A DNA stretch of 64,000 bases from an uncultured delta proteobacterium (GCA_963847445.1 CAWJZV010000048.1:192001-256000), one strand, 5' to 3'. Numbered from the stretch's first letter, positions 43,982 to 54,152 are shown. The notes: generated by a model from the letters alone, not told the origin. A program made the numbers and translations.

Positions 43982-44645
43982 GTGCCCTACATCATCACCG
44001 AACTTTGTACCAATGACGGCGCCTGCGTCGAAGTTTGTCCGGTAGCTTGCATCCACACTAAACCGGGCGCGCCGCAATTCTACGTCGACCCGGAAGTCTG
44101 CATCGACTGCGAGCAGTGCGAGATCGTCTGCCCGGTGGACGCGATATTCAAAGACGTGGATATTCCCGCCCAATACGCCTACGCCATCGAAGTGAACGCG
44201 GCATTCTTCCGGCAGAACAAAGCGGCCATCGGCCCGGTGCCCTTCGCTACCGCCTGGGCTATGATCGAGTCCGCCCAAGAGTACGCCAGCCTGGTCGGCA
44301 GCGCGATCACCGCCGTGGTGGTCGACGAGGCCGGCGCACCCATAGCGGTCGGCAAGATGGACAAGGCCGAAGCGAGAAGCGCCGAGTTGGCGTTCAACAA
44401 GGCCTACACCGCCGCCGCGTTTCACGTCTCAACTACTGAATTGGTGCCGCAAGCGCGCCAGGCCTGGCTACGCAGCCTGATGATTTCGCACCGCGGCAAG
44501 ATTTTGCCCATGGCCGGCGCCCTGCCGATCGTCAACGGCGTCACCATCGTCGGCGCCATCGGCATCGCCGGCGCCAGCCGTCCGGAACAAGATCGCCCTG
44601 TGCTGCCGCGCCGGCATGTCAGTGTGGGAAAACCACGGCCATTGA
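43982..44645 (+). CDS. FdxA-like ferredoxin fused to a GlcG/HbpS domain (frameshift near 3' end)
   Basis: PYIITELCTNDGACVEVCPVACI...CIDCEQCEIVCPVDAI, then AVVVDEAG, LAFNKAYTAA and VGAIGIAG in the same frame. Confidence 0.85.
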
Positions 44646-44708
44646 TAAACACTGCCGCGTTGATTTCGTAGGGGCAACTAGACGTTGCCCAGGGCAGGTT
44701 AAAAGACC

Positions 44709-45884
44709 ATGCCGCAAACCATCGACCAGAAATCGCTTTTCTCCGAAACCAATCTATTTAGCCAAGGCGTGCAGGCAGGTGAATTCACATTCCTCGCCCA
44801 AGATGGGCGCGGCCCGGATGGCACCGTCAGAGCAGCACTGTCCGCCGAACAAGAAGTACGCCAATGTCTTGTCAATCTCGACATGGGGCTGCGCGCATGC
44901 GGCCAATCATCGGCTGACTTGATAAGTCTCGCGGTATATCTTTCCGACTACGGCGATGCTGCCGCCGTGGCCAAGACGTTGCGGGATCGCTTCGGCAACG
45001 ATGCCCCAGCCGTAAATTTCGTCGGCGTCAACGGCCTCGACGGCGGCTGCCGCGTGCGTATGGATGCCATCGCCACCAGCAGCGAAGATCGCGAAACGTT
45101 GCACATCGCGGATCTGCCGCTGTCCATCGGCGCCGGTTGTCATGGCGTGCGCGTCGGCGCTTGGTTTTTTCTCTCTGGCACAGACGCCGCAAAAGGCGAC
45201 GGCCGTATCGCCACGCCGTCGTCGATTCAAAGCCAAACCACCGAAGTCCTCACGCGCATTGGCAAGATTCTCGCCAGACATAAACTCGGCCTCGGCAATC
45301 TCTGCCGCACCTTCATGTTCATGCCAGGCACCCAGCACCGTCCCGGCTACGGCGAGGCGCGCAAGAAAGTTTACCAAGGCGTATTCACCGAGGATGCTTA
45401 CCCGCCCAACTCCGGCATCTACATCCGCAGCCTCGGCGAAAACATTCTGCTGCGCTCCATGGCCATCGCCTACCGCGGCGAGCAGAGAATCGTAACAAGT
45501 CCCAAAGTGCGCCTGGCGCCCGGCTCATTTTCACAATCGGTGCGGGTTGGTAATTGGCTACTGCTCGCGGGCCAAGATGCCGTAACGTTCGACCGGGTGG
45601 TGGAATGTGAAGGCAGCCTCGCCGGCCAAACCGAAGCGACACTGCGCCACACCAAAGACATCGTCGAAGCCGCCGGCGGCACTCTCGACGACATCGTCAA
45701 GACCACTGTGTATTTGGTTGAAGGATCTAGTCGCGCAGAATTCACCGAAGCGTATCGCAGGTTCTTCGCCGCCCACAGCCGCAACAGCACCATGCCCGCT
45801 GGCTTAACCGTGGTCGTCGAAGAGCTATCGCCGCGCTGCTCCGTAGAGATCGATTCGGTAGCTTACTTGCCAACCCGAAATTAA
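44709..45884 (+). CDS. Protein of three tandem Rid/YjgF domains
   Basis: Three repeats: FSQGVQAGEFTFLA / CHGVRVGAWFFLSG / FSQSVRVGNWLLLAGQ; ends VEIDSVAY. Confidence 0.85.
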   Translation: MPQTIDQKSLFSETNLFSQGVQAGEFTFLAQDGRGPDGTVRAALSAEQEVRQCLVNLDMGLRACGQSSADLISLAVYLSDYGDAAAVAKTLRDRFGNDAPAVNFVGVNGLDGGCRVRMDAIATSSEDRETLHIADLPLSIGAGCHGVRVGAWFFLSGTDAAKGDGRIATPSSIQSQTTEVLTRIGKILARHKLGLGNLCRTFMFMPGTQHRPGYGEARKKVYQGVFTEDAYPPNSGIYIRSLGENILLRSMAIAYRGEQRIVTSPKVRLAPGSFSQSVRVGNWLLLAGQDAVTFDRVVECEGSLAGQTEATLRHTKDIVEAAGGTLDDIVKTTVYLVEGSSRAEFTEAYRRFFAAHSRNSTMPAGLTVVVEELSPRCSVEIDSVAYLPTRN

Positions 45885-45903
45885 TCGGCGGCTAAAATAA
45901 CGG

Positions 45904-46275
45904 TTAGTCCAGCAGGATTAGAAATAGACCGACGATCACAACCACCGCGGCAAAGGAGGCGATCGCCGCCGCCGCCGGACCGAGGGGAAAAACGAACACA
46001 ACCAGGATGGTGCCGGCGCATAGCGCAATGAAGGCAGCGATGATCGCCTTCACCCACATCTCACCGGTAAGAACCCTGTCCGGCCGCAATTTACTTACCG
46101 TGCCGAGCCAATCTATCGGTAGCGATCCCGTTTGCTCAACCGCGCCGGCGCCTGGGTTGGCCGCTTGGGCTTTGCGCCGCTTCACCGCCCAGTGCCGCAA
46201 TAGCATCCAGACCATTAGTGCCAGCAGCACAACAAGAACCACTGAATACGATATTACCGCCTGCTCTAGACTCAT
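45904..46275 (-). CDS. Hypothetical membrane protein (3 TM)
   Basis: Three long hydrophobic segments; no family recognised. Confidence 0.55.
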   Translation of the reverse strand: MSLEQAVISYSVVLVVLLALMVWMLLRHWAVKRRKAQAANPGAGAVEQTGSLPIDWLGTVSKLRPDRVLTGEMWVKAIIAAFIALCAGTILVVFVFPLGPAAAAIASFAAVVVIVGLFLILLD

Positions 46276-46458
46276 CGCGCTTGATCCATCTTCACAGAGT
46301 AGGTTCTGTGACCGTTTCCCTCACTGCGAATATTAAACGATCTGAACCCCAGTGTTCCAACGCCGGTGGCGGGATTTTGCCCTTTTGAGTTCATTTAACG
46401 ACAACGATTGTCAGCCTTGCCACCGACGGTTGAGCGCGCGAGCCAAGAACCTTGCCGC

Positions 46459-47466
46459 CTACTTAACTTCCCCTGGAAATAGCTTGGACGCATGGTCGCG
46501 GTTCACCGCCTGAATAAACGAGTTGTCGTAGAAGCGTTTCGGATCGGCGCCCTTGCCTCGACCGTCCGGCGCATCGTCAAGCACGACCCGGATCGCCGCT
46601 GGATCGACGGTCAGATCCTTGTTCCAAACGCGCAACCCTTGCTGGTAATTATCCGCGAGGATTTTGGCGTCGGTGACTTTGGAGTATTTGGATTCGAGCT
46701 TGCTGGCATACTCTTCGTCGTCGATGGCGCGTTTCACGCCATCCAACAGTCCCATCAAAAATGCCCTGATGGTGTTGGGATTTTTTTGCGCGAACTCGCG
46801 CGTCACCGCGGTGCCAGGGCCGATGATTTTCAATCCTTCTTTGTAAAAATCGACGATCACCGGATAGCCTTTTTGCTTGGCCATGTCGGATTGCGGCGGC
46901 GTGTTGATCATGGCGTCAGAGTTGCCCAGTGTAAACGTCGAAAACGCCTGCGCGGGTGTACCGTGAAACATCAACTTGATGTCCTTGGGAATCTCCATCC
47001 CGTACTTCCGTGCCGTCCCGCGCATGGCGATCTCGCCGAAAGCGCCGGGCGAGGTCGTCGCCACCGTCTTGCCGCGCAAGGCATCGAAGCTGGTGACGCC
47101 TTTCTGGCCGAATAGCATGAGCGAACTCTTGTCGACGCCGGCGGCGACATAAATAATATCCGCACCGGCGAGCGTCGCCATCATCGCCGCCGACCCGCCC
47201 TGGTAAATATCGATCTTGTTGGAGATCAATCCCTGCACCGCGACAGCGGCGCTGACCGCGGAAATGTTAACGCTCAATCCATATTTATTGAAGTACCCCG
47301 CCTCATGGGCGATCAAAAGCGGCATCGTCGTATGGGCGAACGCAGCCACGGCGATATCGAGACTCTTCTTTTCCGGTTTGCCCGTCTGCGCACCGGCATT
47401 GGCAATTAAAAAGGCCAGCAGCGCCGACCCCCAGACAATTCCCCGAAGTGAAAACCTCATTACCAT
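46459..47466 (-). CDS. ABC transporter substrate-binding protein (SsuA/THI5-like)
   Basis: LIAHEAGYFNKYGL, LRGKTVAT and FYDNSFI. Confidence 0.9.
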   Translation of the reverse strand: MVMRFSLRGIVWGSALLAFLIANAGAQTGKPEKKSLDIAVAAFAHTTMPLLIAHEAGYFNKYGLSVNISAVSAAVAVQGLISNKIDIYQGGSAAMMATLAGADIIYVAAGVDKSSLMLFGQKGVTSFDALRGKTVATTSPGAFGEIAMRGTARKYGMEIPKDIKLMFHGTPAQAFSTFTLGNSDAMINTPPQSDMAKQKGYPVIVDFYKEGLKIIGPGTAVTREFAQKNPNTIRAFLMGLLDGVKRAIDDEEYASKLESKYSKVTDAKILADNYQQGLRVWNKDLTVDPAAIRVVLDDAPDGRGKGADPKRFYDNSFIQAVNRDHASKLFPGEVK

Positions 47467-47559
47467 AAACCGTTCAACCTCCTGACTCCTGAGTCCTGAC
47501 TTCTACTCCTCACCCCTCACCCTTACTTTTTGGTTGCGGCTTGGTCATTTCGCTTCGGC

Positions 47560-48142
47560 CAATACCTGCCGCAACAGGGTAAAATCGATGACATCATCCG
47601 CCTTCACTTCTTTCCCCGTGGTCTGTTTGATCAAGCCGAGTTGGTTTTTAATCGCGCTATCCTTGCCCAAGCGAAAGAACCCGACGGGCCAGCATCGGTG
47701 CTGGGCTTCGCTCAATAACAAGGATGACCAACTCTATAAGATCAGCCGTGAATTATTCAAATCGCAAGCGGTGGTTTTTTTCGTCTCCGTTCGATGGGGG
47801 CAAACGAACAGCGTATATCAGCGCCTCTTCGAACGCATTAGCTGGATCGAGAACAGAGTTACCTCACTTGGAGAAAAGCCGATACCTCAGCTTAAGAAGC
47901 TTGAAGCGGGCATCGTCCTGTTCGGTCACAACTGGAACGACGAACAAGTTCTGAAGACTCAGCAGCAGAACTTCGAATGGTTCGGCTGGAAAACACCCGA
48001 GGCGCTTAGCTTCAACTGGCAATACACCGAAGATGCGGATGAGGAATCTCCCGAGTCCTACCGTGATGCGGTATCAGAATTCGGTGTTCTGCTACAGTTG
48101 GCGCTCCCACACAAGGCTGCATCCGTTAAGGTCCCCCGATAA
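47560..48142 (+). pseudogene. 5'-degraded flavodoxin-fold / NADPH-dependent FMN reductase-like gene
   Basis: HRCWASLNNKDDQLYKI, AVVFFVSVRWG and YQRLFERISWIEN; no credible start, scrambled N-terminus. Confidence 0.55.
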
Positions 48143-48367
48143 CCCCCCCTTTTGTTTTGCTTGACGCTATTCCTTCGGATCTGCCATCGATCAACAAGCC
48201 CAAAATTCAAGCGCTGCCAAACGCTCCATCGCCCAAGACAACACCGGGATTGTCATCAAACAGAAACTCGATTGACAACTTTCTAGTCCGGCGATATTGC
48301 TCGCGTCAGAAAAAAGGTGCTTGAATTGTCCTATACAGAAACACCTGACTGAATTGCGCGACGTACG

Positions 48368-49156
48368 ATGGGCGACATGACAACGAGTCCCTATCCACCG
48401 TTCGACGGGGTCGAGCCCTACGGCACCGTCCGTTCGGTTGCCGACGAACGGGCGCACCGCAAGCGGATGTGTGCGCTCGGATACCGCATCTTCGGCGCGA
48501 TGCGGTGGGGAATGCTCGGCGACGGTCATATTTCGGCCCGTGACCCCGAGTTCACCGATCACTTCTGGCTGCTCGACTGGGGTGTCCCCTTCAGCGCGGC
48601 GACGGTCCACCAGTTGGTGCTGGTGGGGCCCGGTGGCGAGGTGAAGGATGCCGACGGCAACGCGACCGGTGCCGTCAACACGGCCGGCTACAACATCCAC
48701 CATCCGCTGCTCGCTGCCCGTCCCGACGTCGTCAGCGCATCTCACACCCACACAGCCTTCGGCACGCCATGGTCGGCCAACGTCGAGCCGTTCCGCGCCC
48801 TCAGTCAGGAGGCCTGTGCCTTCGTGTTCGACCAGGCCCTTTTCAACGATGAGGAGGTGGAAGTGCTTTCGATCGATGGCGGCAGTCGCATAGCCGCAGC
48901 ACTCGGCAACAAGAAGTTCTGCATCCTGCGCAACCACGGCCTGCTCACGGTCGGCCGGTCGGTGGAGGAATCGGTTGGCTGGTTCGTGATGGCCGAGCGG
49001 GTGGCCGAGGTCCACGTGAAAGCGCCAAATGGGCGATCGATCTCTGACGAGGCCACTGCCGCTGCGGCGTCGACACTTGCCCTTGACGCCGTCGGATGGC
49101 GGATGTTCCAGTGGCTCCAGCGGTCGCTTGTTGCCGATCGATCGGTGGTCGACTGA
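48368..49156 (+). CDS. Class II aldolase/adducin family protein
   Basis: GHISARDP, IHHPL..ARPDV, SHTHT and LRNHGLLTVG. Confidence 0.9.
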   Translation: MGDMTTSPYPPFDGVEPYGTVRSVADERAHRKRMCALGYRIFGAMRWGMLGDGHISARDPEFTDHFWLLDWGVPFSAATVHQLVLVGPGGEVKDADGNATGAVNTAGYNIHHPLLAARPDVVSASHTHTAFGTPWSANVEPFRALSQEACAFVFDQALFNDEEVEVLSIDGGSRIAAALGNKKFCILRNHGLLTVGRSVEESVGWFVMAERVAEVHVKAPNGRSISDEATAAAASTLALDAVGWRMFQWLQRSLVADRSVVD

Positions 49157-49402
49157 ACAGCGCGGCCCGCCAGCTGCACAGGCGTCACACCGGGAGCGGC
49201 TCGCGGTGACTAAGTCTGCAGCGTGGAACCTCTATGTCTGCTTGCTGAGAGTCTACAAGTGTGCTGGACTAAGTGTGCTGGGTCGGACCAAGGCAATCTG
49301 TTGATTTAACAACACAAGGTTGCTTAAAAGGCATCGTTTAACAGCTTAGAGGTGGCTTTTTACACCGATAAAGCGACCTCCAAGAAAAACGCTGCCGCGC
49401 GC

Positions 49403-49661
49403 CAACGCTGAACAACTGCGGCCGGTTTTAAACGTTCCACCGCTACGCTCAGTTCAAGTGGTTCCAATCGTCAGCAGATGATTTAGGAAACGGAAACTTA
49501 CTTCTGGCGATCTGCTTCTATCTCTGAGGACTATCTTGCTGCGCGAACCGTCCGACACTTGTGCTGGCAAATTCACTGGCAAGAACGGCGCTCTGAGGAC
49601 ACCAAACATCATTCTCTGGGATGAAAGCTTCGAAGATGCGAGGACATAGGCTGGTCCGACC
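49403..49661. repeat. Copy 1 of a modular intergenic unit
   Basis: 49403-49522 is a near-identical direct repeat of 52189-52305; 49522-49549 and 49616-49661 match 54189-54216 and 54249-54294. Confidence 0.8.
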
Positions 49662-49878
49662 CCGTAAAGCACAGTAAACCACATGTTCGGACTTGGTAGC
49701 ACACTGCGTCCGCGTGGCCGGCCGCGGAATGAGCGAAAAAGCAGCCTGTCCCCGTTTTAGATCCCTTTTTAGATCATCCTTTTTGCTAAACCGGCGCTTA
49801 AAGGTTTTCCTTGTGATGCCGATTTAACGGAGGAATCGGCATCGCGACTACACCACCGACGAGCATCAGGAGCGTCAA

Positions 49879-50877
49879 ATGCAGGAAATTCCCATCAAAA
49901 ATATCATGAGCACGGAGGTTCGATGCGCTTCGCTGTCGACGCCTCTTTCACAGGTCATCCAGTCGATGAAACGACGCCATCAGTCGTGTGCGGTCATTAC
50001 CGAGAACGGTCGGCCCGTAGGAATAGTCACTGAACGCGATATTGTTCGCCAGGTGACAGAGCTGATCGACAAAGGTAGAGGGTACGATCCGGCGGTGAGT
50101 TCAGTCATGTCTGCGCCGCCGATCACGATTCATGAGAACGCGACTTTTTTCGAAGCTCTGGTGGTCGCCAAATCCAACCGAATCCGCCACATACCGGTCA
50201 TCGACAGCCGCGGTGAATTGGCCGGTATCGTCACCTATAGCGATCTGGTCGCAGCTCATTTCCAGGTCATCAATCGCTACACGGAGATTCTTGAACGGGA
50301 GGTTGCCTCCCGCACCGAGCAATTGACTGAGGCAAACGAGAAACTTCGGGAACTCTCTTTGGAGGATGGTCTACTCAAGATCGGCAACCGACGGTCCATG
50401 GAGGTCGACCTCAATCACACCCATTCTGCCGCGGTGCGCTACCGCCGTTCCTATGCTGTCATTCTATTCGATGTCGACTATTTTAAGCTTTACAACGATC
50501 ACTACGGCCACGCGGGGGGCGACCGAGTATTGCAGCAAATCAGCGGCTATCTAAAAGACGCCGTTCGGAAATCGGATCGCGTCTATCGCTATGGGGGAGA
50601 GGAAATACTGGTGTTGCTGCCGGAAACTTCACAAGACCATGCTCACACTGTGGCACGACGACTTGTTGAGGGGATTGCGAATTGCTGTATTCCACACGAG
50701 GCACACCCACTGAAAGTCCTAACGGTCAGTGGCGGCGTCAGTTTGTCGGACGAGACAGACGGCGAGGAATGGAACCGCGTGGTGCAGCGCGCCGACAGCG
50801 CCCTATACCAGGCAAAACATCGTGGGCGAAACCGGATTGTAGTCTTTGAATTCGACTCACCCCTGGCCACAAACTAG
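49879..50877 (+). CDS. Diguanylate cyclase with an N-terminal CBS pair
   Basis: GIVTERD and GIVTYSD (CBS); DVDYFKLYNDHYGH, RKSD I-site and RYGGEEI. Confidence 0.92.
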   Translation: MQEIPIKNIMSTEVRCASLSTPLSQVIQSMKRRHQSCAVITENGRPVGIVTERDIVRQVTELIDKGRGYDPAVSSVMSAPPITIHENATFFEALVVAKSNRIRHIPVIDSRGELAGIVTYSDLVAAHFQVINRYTEILEREVASRTEQLTEANEKLRELSLEDGLLKIGNRRSMEVDLNHTHSAAVRYRRSYAVILFDVDYFKLYNDHYGHAGGDRVLQQISGYLKDAVRKSDRVYRYGGEEILVLLPETSQDHAHTVARRLVEGIANCCIPHEAHPLKVLTVSGGVSLSDETDGEEWNRVVQRADSALYQAKHRGRNRIVVFEFDSPLATN

Positions 50878-51067
50878 ATTGCACACAGCAACTTGAGAAT
50901 CAGGCCTTGAAACTTGCAAGTGTGGAATCTTTCTGCCTGCTTGCTATTGAACCCAAAAGTTTCTGAGCGCAAAACAGAGTGACCCGAGACACTGTATTTG
51001 CCGATCTTTATGTAGCTGATAGGATGCGGCGAGCCAATTTTGTCGATCATGGCGGCTGCGGCCGCCA

Positions 51068-52114
51068 TTGAAAGGATCCCTGATGGTTTTGGTCCGCCAA
51101 CTCGACCGGCATGTCGCCGCCCGAACATTTGTCACCGCCGTTTTCACATTGCTGGCCGTCGCTTTGCCATTATTTTCCTGCCAGGCCGCGGCGGCGCCCA
51201 CTAAAATCGTCATCAGCTACGCGATCCTGAGCGAGCGCGAGGGCGTGCTCATGGTCGCCCGCGATCAGGGCTTTTTCGCCAGGCAGGGACTCGATGTCGA
51301 GTTGGTTTACATGCCGAGCGCGCCAATTTCCCTGGCAGCCATGGCCCGCGGCGACTCCCAGGTCAACACCGGTTCAGCCTCGGGGGCCATCCTCGGTGCC
51401 ATGGCCGGCGGACTGGATCTGGTTTTCGTCGCCGGGCTGGTCAATAAACTAACCGGCGTCATCGTCACCGGGCCGAGTATCAACAGCCCGGCCGATCTCA
51501 AGGGCAAGACCATCGGCGTGACCAGCATCGGCGGCGGCAACTGGGTGTTTACCATGCTCGCGCTCGAACATTGGAAGCTCGATGTCAAACGCGACAATAT
51601 AACCATCCGCGTCATCGGCAACGACTCGGTGCGCGCCCAGGCGATCACCAACGGCACCATCGACGCGACCCAGCTTTCCGCCTACTCGTTGGTGACGCCG
51701 TTGAAGCGCCAGGGGGCTCGGGTGCTGGCCGACCTGCCGGATCTGGGGGTGCCCTACCAGGGGGTGACGGTTTTTACCCGGCGCAGCTATCTCAATCAAA
51801 ACCCTGATACGGTGGAAAAACTGTTGACCGCGATCGTCGAAGCCATCGCCTTTATCCAGGACCCGGCGAATAAAGCCGCGGTGTTGCGCAGCTTGTCCAA
51901 AGGGCTGCGCCTGGCCAAACCCGAAGACAGCGCCGAGGGATACGAAAGCGTCAAGCCGCTGTTCGAACGGAAGATTTATCCGACGGTCGAGGGCGTGCGC
52001 AATACGATTCGACTGCTCGGCATGAGCAACGAAAAGATTCGCAATCTGCGGCCCGAAGAGATCATCGACGATCGCATCGTCCGGCGCTTGGAGCAGAAGG
52101 GGTTGTTTCGTTAG
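51068..52114 (+). CDS. ABC transporter substrate-binding protein (SsuA/THI5-like)
   Basis: VARDQGFFARQGLDVE, DLKGKTIGV and IIDDRIV. Confidence 0.9.
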   Translation: MKGSLMVLVRQLDRHVAARTFVTAVFTLLAVALPLFSCQAAAAPTKIVISYAILSEREGVLMVARDQGFFARQGLDVELVYMPSAPISLAAMARGDSQVNTGSASGAILGAMAGGLDLVFVAGLVNKLTGVIVTGPSINSPADLKGKTIGVTSIGGGNWVFTMLALEHWKLDVKRDNITIRVIGNDSVRAQAITNGTIDATQLSAYSLVTPLKRQGARVLADLPDLGVPYQGVTVFTRRSYLNQNPDTVEKLLTAIVEAIAFIQDPANKAAVLRSLSKGLRLAKPEDSAEGYESVKPLFERKIYPTVEGVRNTIRLLGMSNEKIRNLRPEEIIDDRIVRRLEQKGLFR

Positions 52115-52140
52115 GTAGTCGCAGTCGCGACCGGTCAAAT

Positions 52141-52437
52141 CGTTCAACCCGCTGGTTCTTCGTTCAAGTGGGCCGCGCTGCGACGGGGCAACGCTGAACA
52201 ACCGCGGCCGGTTTCAAACGTTCCACCGCTACGCTCAGTTCAAGTCGTTCCAATCGTTAGCAGATTTGGGAAACGGAAACTTACTTCGGGCTATCTGCTT
52301 CTATCCCATTGCGGCGCCGCGCTTTGACGCCAAAGACCAACCCGGTCATTGGTGAGCCTGTCGAACCATTGAACGGCTTGCCTTCGATAAGTCTCAGGCC
52401 CTGAGCATGCCGAAGGGAACGTTTTGAACTCTCTGAA
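52141..52437. repeat. Copy 2 of the modular intergenic unit, with a nested CCTTCG...CGAAGG REP-like hairpin
   Basis: Matches 49403-49522 and 54153-54197; contains ccttcgataagtctcaggccctgagcatgccgaaggg. Confidence 0.8.
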
Positions 52438-52481
52438 GAATAAGCTGCCACGCATGCTAGGGCATTCATCGTCTCACAACT

Positions 52482-52796
52482 TCATTCGCTTTTAAGCCCA
52501 TCACGAAAGGCAATCGCTTCCAGTTCCACCCGGACAGCGTCCATGACGGGAACCACGGGGCGCGCCTCGAATTCAAAAGCAGGCAACATCGAGCAGAACT
52601 TGTGCACCGCCAAAGGATCGTCGCAATCCAGCATCATATATCCACCCCAGTCGCCCACTCGTACAACGAACAACTCGATCTTGAAATTGGCGGGCGCCTG
52701 CCATTGAGTGAATACCTCCAGGATCCGCTTCTGGGCATTTTCGTATTCTGCAGGCGAACCTTGCGGGCGTTCGGACCACGTGATCATGTATTTCAT
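52482..52796 (-). CDS. DUF3303-like small protein
   Basis: MKYMITW...GGYMMLDCDD...FEFEARPVV. Confidence 0.7.
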   Translation of the reverse strand: MKYMITWSERPQGSPAEYENAQKRILEVFTQWQAPANFKIELFVVRVGDWGGYMMLDCDDPLAVHKFCSMLPAFEFEARPVVPVMDAVRVELEAIAFRDGLKSE

Positions 52797-52925
52797 GAAT
52801 TTATCTTGCCTTTCTTGTTCGACTAACTTCGTTTCTGTTGGTGTGACCGTCTCACCGCAGGTCCGAACTGGCGGAAATATCGCCAGCCAAACCGACGCGG
52901 CAAAATCCAAAAACCGGCTCGTGGT

Positions 52926-53375
52926 CTAACTATCTGGAATTTTCGCCTCGACAAGTTTCGCCAGAAGAGTGAGCGATTCCTGCCAGCCGAGATAGCAAGC
53001 CTCGGCAGGAATGACATCGGGCACCCCTTCTTGCACGATGTTCAACTCAGTCCCGACCGATACCTTCTTCAAGGTTACCGTCACCTGAAGTTCCCCTGGC
53101 AGGTTCGGGTCGTCAAATTTGTCCGTGTAGCGAATGCGTTCGTGCGGCACCAGTTCGAGATACGTGCCGCCGAAGGAGTGGCTATGTCCGGTGGTGAAAT
53201 TCGTGAACGACATCTTGTGGGTGCCGCCGACCTTGGCGTCCAAGTGGTGAACCTTGCCGGTGAATCCGTTTGGCGGAAGCCATTTGGCCATCGCGTCGGC
53301 GTCGAGGAACGCCCGATAGATTCTCTCAGGCGTCGCACGGAGCACGCGGTGAAGGCGGATGGTGTTTGTCGACAT
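52926..53375 (-). CDS. SRPBCC/AHSA1 family protein
   Basis: IRLHRVLRATPERIYRAFLD, KWLPP, GTYLELVPHERI and CYLGWQESL. Confidence 0.9.
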   Translation of the reverse strand: MSTNTIRLHRVLRATPERIYRAFLDADAMAKWLPPNGFTGKVHHLDAKVGGTHKMSFTNFTTGHSHSFGGTYLELVPHERIRYTDKFDDPNLPGELQVTVTLKKVSVGTELNIVQEGVPDVIPAEACYLGWQESLTLLAKLVEAKIPDS

Positions 53376-53441
53376 GATTTCATTTCCTTTCGATGGGTGG
53401 TGTTGTATGCAGTGATAAATTTTTTGCAGTGGCCGATCGCC

Positions 53442-53498
53442 GCCTAACGTTGAGTTCGGTGACTGCCGAAGGCAGTCTGCTGGCACGAAAGGTTGCGG
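53442..53498 (-). mobile_element. attC-like integron recombination site (degenerate)
   Basis: Minus strand CCGCAAC-CTTTCGTGCCAGCA-GACTGCCTTCGGCAGTC-ACCGAACTCAAC-GTTAGGC has a canonical R' GTTAGGC, an AAC-ending R'' and a central hairpin. Confidence 0.65.
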
Positions 53499-53549
53499 TG
53501 ACGTATTTCCTGCTGTGATCTTGATTGTGAACGTTGTGAACACAGAATG

Positions 53550-53945
53550 CTAGACATCGGTTTTGCCAAATCGAGGAATGCCTTGATTCTGGCCGGGAGG
53601 ATCGAGGACTGTTTCGTCCAACGCGAGCGGCTCTCCGATCCATTGCGCTAGACTGGTGTGGTCAGCGACATCATCTTGCGTGAGCGGGTGGACAAGAACG
53701 GTTAGCCCACTGGAAGAAAGCAACGGGATAACTACCTTCAATGCCGCGGCCAAGAAGTGCACTTCAAACTGCGGCTTGGGGTGTGGCCCAACACTCTGGT
53801 CGCGCATTGCACCAACGAAGAGCAAGCTGGTTAGAACTCCGCTGGCTCGCATCGCGTCGAGCTGTTGATGAAGCCGCTCAGCAACGGCTCGGCTGCGTGG
53901 CTCATAATACACATGGGCGTGGTATGGTGCGCTGGGTTCGTTCAC
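53550..53945 (-). CDS. DOPA 4,5-dioxygenase family protein
   Basis: YHAHVYY, VGPHP..QFEV, LTVLVHPLT and DHT...WIG. Confidence 0.85.
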   Translation of the reverse strand: MNEPSAPYHAHVYYEPRSRAVAERLHQQLDAMRASGVLTSLLFVGAMRDQSVGPHPKPQFEVHFLAAALKVVIPLLSSSGLTVLVHPLTQDDVADHTSLAQWIGEPLALDETVLDPPGQNQGIPRFGKTDV

Positions 53946-54152
53946 GGCGTACTCATTCCGGCGAGTTGTTGGCAATGCATCGCGTTCTCACTCCGGCAGT
54001 TGCGGCCACGTTGGCCTCCTATCCCGCTCGGGCCGCAGCCTATTTCGGCTACCAGGCCACAGTCAAGTTGGTTTACGGTTTGGGTGAGAGGCGCAGTCCA
54101 GACGTTAGTAACGCCGGATCGAACCAAAGCAACCTCTTGATTTGACAATCCA

